From assembly GCA_963719495.1 (NCBI GenBank), contig CAVRCI010000004.1, positions 64,001-128,000 on the forward strand: a stretch of 64,000 bases of DNA, in the 5' to 3' direction. This document shows positions 50,239 through 59,138 of the stretch, in pieces. Source of the stretch: an uncultured Verrucomicrobiae bacterium. Its GTDB lineage: Bacteria > Verrucomicrobiota > Verrucomicrobiia > Chthoniobacterales > JAATET01. The position numbers and the translations under genes are program-made. Numbering within the stretch: the first letter of the stretch is position 1; the number at the start of each line of letters is the position of its first letter. The notes under the pieces are model-generated. The model saw only the letters and a program-made list of their open reading frames with translations. It was not told the DNA's origin and did not search any database.

Positions 50239-53076
50239 TTAGGCGGCTAGCTCTCGTAGGACGAAGGGGAGGATGCCCCCGTGGCGGTAGTAATCGACCT
50301 CGATGTCGGTGTCGATCCGGAGCTTGACGAGGACTTCCTCGCTTGCACCGCTGGCGCGGGTGATGCGGAGTTTAAGGTCCTGGCGGGGCTTGATGTCCTC
50401 CGTGAGGCCGAGGACGTCGTAGGTTTCGCTGCCGTCCAGCTCGAGCGTTTCGGCGCTGATGCCTTCGGCGAATTGGAGGGGGAGGACGCCCATGCCGACG
50501 AGGTTGGAGCGGTGGATGCGCTCGTAGCTGCGGGCGATGACGGCTTTGACGCCGAGGAGCTGCGTGCCTTTGGCCGCCCAGTCGCGGGAGGAGCCGGTGC
50601 CGTATTCCTGGCCGGCGATGATGACCAGCGGGGTGCCCGCCTCTTGGTAGTGCATGGAGGCGTCGAAGATGGCCATTTCCTTGCCTTCGGGCATGAGCTT
50701 GGTGACGCCGCCTTCGGTGCCGGGGACCATGAGGTTCTTGATTCGGACGTTGGCGAAGGTGCCGCGGGTCATCACGCGGTCGTTGCCGCGGCGGGAGCCG
50801 TAGCTGTTGAAGTCGACGGCTTCGATGCCGTTTTCCTGGAGATAACGACCGGCGGGTGAGCTGGGTTTGATGGCTCCGGCGGGGGAGATGTGGTCGGTGG
50901 TGACGGAGTCGCCGAAGATGCCGAGCGGGCGGGCTCCGGCGATTTCCGCGATGCTGCCGGGGGTCATGGAGAAGTCCTGGAAGAACGGAGGCTCCTGGAT
51001 GTAGGTGCTGTCGGCGTCCCAGGCGTAGACCTCGCCGGGCGTGGAGGGGATTTCGTTCCACTTGGGGTTCTGTTCCGCGAAGTCGGTGTAGAGTTTGCGG
51101 AAGACCTCGGGCTTGAGGGCGGCGGTCATCTCGTCCTTGATCTCCTGCAGGGTCGGCCAGAGGTCGCGGAGGTAGACTTCGGTGCCGGTCTGATCCTTGC
51201 CGATCGGGTCGGTGGTGAGGTCGATGTCGACGCGGCCGGCGAGCGCGAAGGCGACGACGAGCGGGGGCGACATGAGGAAGTTAGCTTTGATGTTCTGGTG
51301 GATGCGGGCTTCGAAGTTGCGGTTGCCGGAGAGGACGGACGCGGTGATGAGGTCGTGCTCGAGGATGGCTTCCTCGATGGCGGGATCGAGCGGGCCGGAG
51401 TTGCCGATGCAGGTCGTGCAGCCGTAGCCGACGATTTGGAAGCCGAGCTTGTCCAGGTATTGCTGGAGGTCGGCTTTTTGCAGGTAGTCCTGGACGACGC
51501 GGGAGCCGGGTGCGAGGGACGTCTTCACGGCGGGGTCGACGGTGAGGCCGCGCTCGACGGCGCGCTTGGCGAGGAGGCCGGCTCCGAGCATGACGCTGGG
51601 GTTGCTCGTGTTCGTGCAGCTGGTGATGGCGGCGATGAGGACGGAGCCGCTGCCGATGGCGGTGTTGTTGCGACCGTTTGCGGGCGCGGCGACTTCGTCG
51701 GGGGTCGGGCGGTTGGTGACCATTTCGGTCTCGCTGGCCGAATCGCTTGGATCGAGAGCGGGCTCGGGGGTGTCGTGGTGTTGGTCGTTGCCGCCGAAGT
51801 CGACGTCGAAGCGGGCGTTCGTGTCGGCGTTCGGTTGGCCGTAGCCGCCGTCGGGGACGGAGAGCGCGAGGAGGTCTTTGAATTTGCCGCCGAGGGCGGG
51901 GAGGTCGATGCGGTCCTGTGGGCGCTTGGGTCCGGCGACCGAGGGCTGGACGTCGGCGAGGTCGAGATCGACGTCGACGGAGTATTCGATGTCGCCTTTT
52001 TTCGGCATGCCGAAGAGGCCCTGGGCCTTGAAGTAGGCCTCGAAGGCGGCGCACTGGTCCTCGGTGCGGCCGGTGGCTCCGAGGTAGGCGACGGATTCCT
52101 CGTCGACGGGGAAAAAGCCCATGGTGGCTCCGTATTCCGGGGCCATGTTGGCAATGGTGGCGCGGTCGGGGAGGGGAAGGGTGGTCGCGCCTTCGCCGTA
52201 GAATTCGACGAACTTGCCGACGACCTTGGTCTTGCGGAGCAGCTCCGTGACGTGGAGGGCGAGGTCGGTGGCGGTGACGCCTTCGCGGAGGCGGCCGGTG
52301 AGATTGACGCCGACGACCTCGGGGGTGAGGAAGTAGACGGGCTGACCGAGCATGCCGGCTTCGGCTTCGATGCCGCCCACGCCCCAGCCGACAACGCCGA
52401 TGCCGTTGATCATGGTGGTGTGGCTGTCGGTGCCGACGAGGGTGTCGGGGTAGTAGAGGGGTGTGGTTGGTTGTTGGTTATTGGTTATTGGGGAATGCAG
52501 GACGCCTTTGGCGAGGTATTCCAAGTTGACTTGGTGGACGATGCCGATTCCCGGGGGGACGACTCCGAAGGTTTCGAAGGCTTGCTGGCCCCACTTGAGG
52601 AATTCGTAGCGTTCGCGGTTGCGCTTGAATTCCATGTCGAGGTTGAGCGCGAGGGCTTCGGCGCTGCCGAAGAAGTCGACCTGGACGCTGTGGTCGACGA
52701 CGAGGTCGACGGGGACGAGGGGTTCGATGATGCCGGCGTTTTTACCCATTTTCTGGACGGCACTGCGCATGGCGGCGAGGTCGACGAGGAGGGGGACGCC
52801 GGTGAAATCCTGAAGAACGATGCGGGCGACGACGAAGGGGATTTCCTCCTGCGCGGGGGCGGCGGCCTTCCAGTTGGCGAGGGTGCGGACGTCTTCCGGG
52901 GTGACTTTCTTGCCGTCGCAATTGCGGAGGACGGATTCGAGGACGATGCGGATGCTGACCGGGAGCTTCGAGATGGGGCCGATGCCTTGTTCTTCGAGCG
53001 CGGGGAGGGAGTGGAGGGTGCCCTTCTTATCGGGCGAAATATCGAACTCGCGGAGCGTGTGGAAAGCGTCGGACAT
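50239..53076 (-). CDS. acnA: Aconitate hydratase A
   Basis: [40 protein letters not shown] and [10 protein letters not shown]. Confidence 0.97.
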   Translation of the reverse strand: MSDAFHTLREFDISPDKKGTLHSLPALEEQGIGPISKLPVSIRIVLESVLRNCDGKKVTPEDVRTLANWKAAAPAQEEIPFVVARIVLQDFTGVPLLVDLAAMRSAVQKMGKNAGIIEPLVPVDLVVDHSVQVDFFGSAEALALNLDMEFKRNRERYEFLKWGQQAFETFGVVPPGIGIVHQVNLEYLAKGVLHSPITNNQQPTTPLYYPDTLVGTDSHTTMINGIGVVGWGVGGIEAEAGMLGQPVYFLTPEVVGVNLTGRLREGVTATDLALHVTELLRKTKVVGKFVEFYGEGATTLPLPDRATIANMAPEYGATMGFFPVDEESVAYLGATGRTEDQCAAFEAYFKAQGLFGMPKKGDIEYSVDVDLDLADVQPSVAGPKRPQDRIDLPALGGKFKDLLALSVPDGGYGQPNADTNARFDVDFGGNDQHHDTPEPALDPSDSASETEMVTNRPTPDEVAAPANGRNNTAIGSGSVLIAAITSCTNTSNPSVMLGAGLLAKRAVERGLTVDPAVKTSLAPGSRVVQDYLQKADLQQYLDKLGFQIVGYGCTTCIGNSGPLDPAIEEAILEHDLITASVLSGNRNFEARIHQNIKANFLMSPPLVVAFALAGRVDIDLTTDPIGKDQTGTEVYLRDLWPTLQEIKDEMTAALKPEVFRKLYTDFAEQNPKWNEIPSTPGEVYAWDADSTYIQEPPFFQDFSMTPGSIAEIAGARPLGIFGDSVTTDHISPAGAIKPSSPAGRYLQENGIEAVDFNSYGSRRGNDRVMTRGTFANVRIKNLMVPGTEGGVTKLMPEGKEMAIFDASMHYQEAGTPLVIIAGQEYGTGSSRDWAAKGTQLLGVKAVIARSYERIHRSNLVGMGVLPLQFAEGISAETLELDGSETYDVLGLTEDIKPRQDLKLRITRASGASEEVLVKLRIDTDIEVDYYRHGGILPFVLRELAA

Positions 53077-53137
53077 GCGGGGAATATCGCAGAGGTTTCC
53101 GGCGGGGCGCAAGTCCGGGTGGATATCCAGATTCGTG

Positions 53138-53206
53138 CCTCGCGCGGAGGCGCAGAGTGGCAGAGGAATGAGATGGAATTCTCTGTGTCTGCGTCTCCGC
53201 GCGAGG
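53138..53206. repeat. Inverted repeat, family E
   Basis: CCTCGCGCGGAGGCGCAGAG...CTCTGTGTCTGCGTCTCCGCGCGAGG. Confidence 0.75.
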
Positions 53207-53243
53207 CGGAGCGTCTGAGATCTACGGCGCTTTCGTGCGGGGT

Positions 53244-53285
53244 GAGGTGAGAAGCCAGAGATTCTTCGCTTTGCTCAGAATGACA
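53244..53285 (+). repeat. Repeat family B, copy 3
   Basis: GAGGTGAGAAGCCAGAGATTCTTCGCTTTGCTCAGAATGACA. Confidence 0.9.
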
Positions 53286-53302
53286 GGGTTTTGGATGGGG
53301 GC

Positions 53303-53379
53303 GGCTCCCGCTGGCGCGGATTGCCGAATTGCGGCGGCGGGACGCCGCCGCTCGCACGCGGGGACGCGTGCGATCCCCC
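53303..53379 (+). repeat. REP-like repeat, family A (copy 6)
   Basis: GCGGCGGCGGGACGCCGCCGCTCGCACGCGGGGACGCGTGCGATCCCC. Confidence 0.9.
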
Positions 53380-53385
53380 GGTTTC

Positions 53386-54603
<1,218 letters not shown>

Positions 54604-54605
54604 GG

Positions 54606-54700
54606 GTCGGAAGGTCGGAAGGTCGGAAAGTCAAAGGTCGAATGGCGGCTGCTGGGCAGCCGGAATGCGACGTGGGTCGAAAGGTCTAAGGTCGAAGGTC
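54606..54700 (+). repeat. Degenerate 7/8-mer tandem repeats (GGTCGGAA/GGTCGAA)
   Basis: GTCGGAAG GTCGGAAG GTCGGAAA GTCAAAG GTCGAAT ... GTCGAAAG GTCTAAG GTCGAAG. Similar tracts at about 7557-7592 and 21424-21457. Confidence 0.75.
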
Positions 54701-54707
54701 CGTCAGT

Positions 54708-56480
54708 TCAAGTCTGCGAGGCGGCGTGGAGATCGGCGAAGCGCCCGCCGCGCTGGACGAGTTCCTCGAAGGACCCGGATTCGACGAGGCGGCCGTGGTC
54801 GAGGACGCAGATGGTGTGGGCGGCTCGGATGGTGGAGAGGCGGTGGGCGACGATGATGGTGGTGCGGCCGTGGGTGAGGGCGGCGAGGGCGTCCTGGACG
54901 TGGCGTTCGGACTGGACGTCGAGGGCGGAGGTGGGTTCGTCGAGGACGATGACTTTTGGGTTGCGCATGAGGGCGCGGGCGATGGCGATGCGTTGCTTTT
55001 GGCCGCCCGAGAGGACGGCGCCGCGCTCGCCGATGAGGGTGTCCATGCCGGCGGGGAGGTCGTCGACGAAGTCGTCGACGTGGGTGAGCCGGGTGACGCG
55101 GTGGAACCATTCGTCGGAGACCGGGCCGAGGCCGAAGAGGATGTTTTCGCGGATGGTGCCGTTGAAGAGGAGGATCTGCTGGGGGACGAGCGCGAGGCGG
55201 CGGCGCCAGATGCGGACGTCGAGGGTCTCCATGTCGACGCCGTCGAGGAGGAGGCGGCCGGATTGCGGGCGGAGGAAGCCGATGAGGAGATTGACGGCGG
55301 TGGATTTGCCGCTGCCGGATTCGCCGACGAAGGCGATCGTGCGTCCGGCTTCGATGGTGAGGTTGAAGTCGTGGAGGGCGGAGGAATTTGCGTCGGGGTA
55401 GGTGAAGCCGACGGACTGGAATTCGATCCGTCCGTCGACGTCGACCGGGGCGGCTTTGCCTTCGTTGTGTTCGAGGTCGGGGGATTGGAGGACTTCGCCG
55501 AGGGAGCGGATGGACTCCGCGCCGCGCGAGAGGGTCGGGTAGAGGTTGAGGAGTTGGTTGATGGAATTGACGAGGTAGCTGAAGAGCGTCTGGTAGAGGA
55601 TGAGGTCGCCGGGGGTCATGAGGCCGCGGCGGACGAAGACGAACCCGACGCCGAGGATGGCGAGGCTGAAAACCTGGAACGTGACCCAGGCGCTGGATTG
55701 GAAGACGGCGTTGACGCGGTCGAGGAGGCGGCCGTTTTGGTTGACCTCGGTGACGCGGCGGGTAAATTCGTCGAGGGCGACGTCCTCGATACCGTGGGCG
55801 CGGGCGAGCGGGAGCATGTCGACCATTTCGACGACGCGGGAGTTCATGTCCTCGACGCGCTCGCGGAAGACCTGGTTGCGGGAGCGGATGGCTCCGCGAA
55901 AACTGCGGGAGATGGCGACGGAAATCGGGGCGACGACGAAGAAGAAGCCGAGCATGAGCGGCTGGGTGAAGCCGGTGTAGACGGTGCTGATGGCCAGCAT
56001 CGTGACGGCGGAGATCCCGGACATCCCGAGCTCCATGGTGAGGAGCTGGGTCTGCTCGACGTCGCGGAGGAGTTTGGCCTGGAGGCGTCCGCTCTCGGCG
56101 CGCGAGTGGAAGGACATCGAGAGTTGCTGGAGGCGGCGGGCGACGCCGAGGCGGAGGCGTTGCTCGAGATTGCGCGCGCATTCGCTGAGGCGAACGACGA
56201 ACCAGGTGTGGACGGGGATGTTGATCACGAGCGCCGCGACGGTCAGGGAGCCGATGGCGATGAGGGTGGTGTAGTCGGCGGTCTCGGGTTTGACCAACGC
56301 ATCAATGAGCCGGGCGGCGAAGATGGCGGAGAGCCACATGCCGGAATTCTTGACGAAGAAAATGGTGACCGTGGCGGCGTAGAACCACGGTCCGCGCTCG
56401 ACGAGGCGGAGGAGGATTCGCAGCGGCGAGGACGCTTCGTAAGCGTAGTCGATCTGCTCGGACGGGCTGCGGGTGGTCAT
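54708..56480 (-). CDS. ABC transporter, fused permease/ATP-binding (type IV exporter)
   Basis: N-terminal TM domain, GESGSGKST, LSGGQKQR, LDEPTSALD and AHRLST. Confidence 0.93.
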   Translation of the reverse strand: MTTRSPSEQIDYAYEASSPLRILLRLVERGPWFYAATVTIFFVKNSGMWLSAIFAARLIDALVKPETADYTTLIAIGSLTVAALVINIPVHTWFVVRLSECARNLEQRLRLGVARRLQQLSMSFHSRAESGRLQAKLLRDVEQTQLLTMELGMSGISAVTMLAISTVYTGFTQPLMLGFFFVVAPISVAISRSFRGAIRSRNQVFRERVEDMNSRVVEMVDMLPLARAHGIEDVALDEFTRRVTEVNQNGRLLDRVNAVFQSSAWVTFQVFSLAILGVGFVFVRRGLMTPGDLILYQTLFSYLVNSINQLLNLYPTLSRGAESIRSLGEVLQSPDLEHNEGKAAPVDVDGRIEFQSVGFTYPDANSSALHDFNLTIEAGRTIAFVGESGSGKSTAVNLLIGFLRPQSGRLLLDGVDMETLDVRIWRRRLALVPQQILLFNGTIRENILFGLGPVSDEWFHRVTRLTHVDDFVDDLPAGMDTLIGERGAVLSGGQKQRIAIARALMRNPKVIVLDEPTSALDVQSERHVQDALAALTHGRTTIIVAHRLSTIRAAHTICVLDHGRLVESGSFEELVQRGGRFADLHAASQT

Positions 56481-56502
56481 CGCGGGGCCGGTCGGGGGGG
56501 GA

Positions 56503-57591
56503 TTATTTCTCGAGGGCGCGGCGGACGGAGTCGAGGTCGGCGTCGGTCTCGGTGGGGGCGTAGCCGCCGAATTTGACGGCGGTGTCGGAGTCCTTGAGGC
56601 CGTGGCCGGTGACGGTGCAGACGACGGTGTCGCCTTCGTTGGTGTGCGGGAGCGGGCACGCGTCGCAGCGGCGTTCGCAGCAGCACTTCATGAGGCCGGC
56701 GACGGAGGCGGCGCTGGCGGGCTCGACGAAGATGCCTTCGTTCTTGGCGAGCCAGGACTGGGCGGTGAGGATCTCCTCGTCGGTGACGATGTCGATCGCG
56801 CCGCCGGATTGGCTGATGGCATCGGTGGCTCCGGTCCAGGAAGCGGGGTTGCCGATACGGATGGCGGTGGCCTGGGTCTCGGGGGACTCGACGATTTTGT
56901 CGTGGTAGATCGGGGCTGAGCCGGCGGCTTGGAAACCGAGCATTCGGGGGAGTTTGGTCGATCGGCCAAGGTCGCGGTATTCGCGGTAGCCCTTCCAGTA
57001 GGCGGTGATGTTGCCGGCGTTGCCGACGGGGAGGATGTGGAGGTCGGGGGCGTCGCCGAGCTCGTCGATGATCTCGAAGGAGGCGGTCTTTTGGCCCTCG
57101 ATGCGGAAGGGGTTGATGGAATTGACGACCGAGACGGAGCCGTCGGCGGCAAGTTCGACGACGAGCTCGAGGGCGCGGTCGAAGTTGCCCCGGATGGCGA
57201 CGACCCGGGCCCCGTAGACGAAGGCTTGGGCGAGTTTGCCCATCGAGATTTTTCCGGATGGGAGGATGACGACGCAACGGATGCCGGCGCGGGAGGCGTA
57301 GGCGGCGGCGGCGGCGGAGGTGTTGCCGGTGGAGGCGCAGACGATGGTGTGCGCGCCCTCCTCGCAGGCCTTGGAGACGGCCATCGTCATGCCGCGGTCC
57401 TTGAATGAGCCGGTGGGATTGAGGCCTTCGTATTTGAGGTAGACGTCGCGGCGGGTGAGGTCGCTGAGGCGGGGCGAGTGGATGAGGGGGGTGGTGCCTT
57501 CGTCGAGCGAGATGACCGGGGTGGCGTCGCTGACGGGGAGATACTGGTGGTATCGGGCGATGACGCCGCGGTCGTGCGGGTGGAGCTGCAT
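56503..57591 (-). CDS. thrC: Threonine synthase
   Basis: KYEGLNPTGSFKDRG, CASTGNTS, PVGNAGN, EPASA and TGHGLKD. Confidence 0.96.
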   Translation of the reverse strand: MQLHPHDRGVIARYHQYLPVSDATPVISLDEGTTPLIHSPRLSDLTRRDVYLKYEGLNPTGSFKDRGMTMAVSKACEEGAHTIVCASTGNTSAAAAAYASRAGIRCVVILPSGKISMGKLAQAFVYGARVVAIRGNFDRALELVVELAADGSVSVVNSINPFRIEGQKTASFEIIDELGDAPDLHILPVGNAGNITAYWKGYREYRDLGRSTKLPRMLGFQAAGSAPIYHDKIVESPETQATAIRIGNPASWTGATDAISQSGGAIDIVTDEEILTAQSWLAKNEGIFVEPASAASVAGLMKCCCERRCDACPLPHTNEGDTVVCTVTGHGLKDSDTAVKFGGYAPTETDADLDSVRRALEK

Positions 57592-57599
57592 CCTAGTGG

Positions 57600-57722
57600 T
57601 TTGAAGTTGAGAGTTTGAAGGTGAGAGTTGAATGCCAGCGCACGGATGCGGTGGACGGATACTCTCGGTGCGCGGGTCTCATTGTCCTTACTCTCAACTT
57701 TTTGCTCTCAACTATAAACTCC
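57600..57722. repeat. Inverted pair of heptamer tracts
   Basis: TTTGAAG TTGAGAG TTTGAAG GTGAGAG TTGAA ... CTCTCAA CTTTTTG CTCTCAA CTATAAA CTC. Confidence 0.75.
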
Positions 57723-57725
57723 TGC

Positions 57726-59024
57726 TCACTCATCGAGTGGGTCGACCTGGAGGAGGGCGGGAGACGAGCGGACGCAGGGGAGGGCGGCGATGGCCTCGGT
57801 GGCGGTGCGCATTTTTCCGTAGGCTGCGTCGTGAATCATGAGCACGAGGGTGAGCGGGCCGGGGGTGTCGGACTCGGGCTGGATGACGGAGCTGATGCCG
57901 ATGCCGGCTTCGCCGAGGACGCTGGCGATTTGGGCAAGGACGCCGGGGCGGTCTTCGACGGTGAGACGGAGGTAGAATTTCGAGACCGCGTCGTCGATCG
58001 GTTTACACTTCCCGTAGAGGTCGTGGGCCGTGAAGCCGAAGGACGCTCGGGGTGAGCTGAGCGCGAGGGCGGCTTCGGCGAGATCGGCGATGACCGAGCT
58101 GGAGGTCGGGTCCTGGCCCGCGCCGCGGCCGGAGAAGAGGGCTTCGCCGGCGATGTCGCCCTGGAGCCAGACGGCGTTGAAGACGCCGTTGACGCTGGCG
58201 AGGACGTGGGTCGCGGGGATGAGGGTGGGGCAGACGCGAACTTCGACGGCTTCGGCGGCGTCGATCTTGATCGTGGCGAGGAGTTTGATGGCGTAGCCGA
58301 GTTCGGCGGCGAAGAGGTTGTCCTCGGCGGTGATGGCTTCGATGCCTTCGACGCGGATGTCTTCGGGTTTGATCCAAAATCCGTAGGCGAGGGCGGAGAG
58401 GATGAGGGTCTTGTGGGCGGCGTCCCAGCCGTTGACGTCGAAGGCGGGGTCGGCTTCCGCGTAGCCGAGGCGTTGGGCGTCGGCGAGGACTTCGGGGAAG
58501 TCCCGGGTGCCGGCGGCCATTTCCGTGAGGATGTAATTGCTCGTGCCGTTGAGGATGCCGTGGATGGCGGTGAAGCGGTTGCCGACGAACGACTCGCGGA
58601 CGGCTTTAATGATCGGAATGCCCCCGGCGACGGCGGCCTCGTAGAAAATCGGGACGCGGGCTTCGTTGGCGAGGTGGAAGAGCTCGGGGCCGTGCTCGGC
58701 GAGGAGGGCTTTGTTGCCGGTGACGACGATCTTGCCGGAGTCGATGGCGCGGCGGACGAAATTCAGCGCGGCGTCGGTGCCGCCGATCAGCTCGACGACG
58801 ATCTTGATCTCGGGATCGTCGAGGAGGGTGTCGAGGTCGGTCGTGAAGAGCTCGGCGGGCGCGGCGACGTCCCGGGTTTTTTTGAGATCCCGAACGACGA
58901 TGCGGCGGACGTCGAATTCCGCGCCGGAGCGTTCGGCGATGAGGTCACGGTTGGCGGCGAGGTTCTTGTAAACCCCCGCTCCGACGGTGCCAAAGCCCGC
59001 GAGTCCGATGCCGATTTTCTCCAT
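57726..59024 (-). CDS. hom: Homoserine dehydrogenase with ACT domain
   Basis: GFGTVGAG, VTGNKAL, EAAVAGGIP, NGTSNYIL, GYAEADP and DRPGVLA. Confidence 0.96.
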   Translation of the reverse strand: MEKIGIGLAGFGTVGAGVYKNLAANRDLIAERSGAEFDVRRIVVRDLKKTRDVAAPAELFTTDLDTLLDDPEIKIVVELIGGTDAALNFVRRAIDSGKIVVTGNKALLAEHGPELFHLANEARVPIFYEAAVAGGIPIIKAVRESFVGNRFTAIHGILNGTSNYILTEMAAGTRDFPEVLADAQRLGYAEADPAFDVNGWDAAHKTLILSALAYGFWIKPEDIRVEGIEAITAEDNLFAAELGYAIKLLATIKIDAAEAVEVRVCPTLIPATHVLASVNGVFNAVWLQGDIAGEALFSGRGAGQDPTSSSVIADLAEAALALSSPRASFGFTAHDLYGKCKPIDDAVSKFYLRLTVEDRPGVLAQIASVLGEAGIGISSVIQPESDTPGPLTLVLMIHDAAYGKMRTATEAIAALPCVRSSPALLQVDPLDE

Positions 59025-59138
59025 ATTCGAGCGCGAGAGAGTCGGCGAGGGGCGCGGGGGGTGTAAAGGGAGATCTGCGTTTTCTAAACGCAGGTCCGTG
59101 GCTTCGATCGAATCCGGGTCGCGCCGAAGGTCGCTGGG

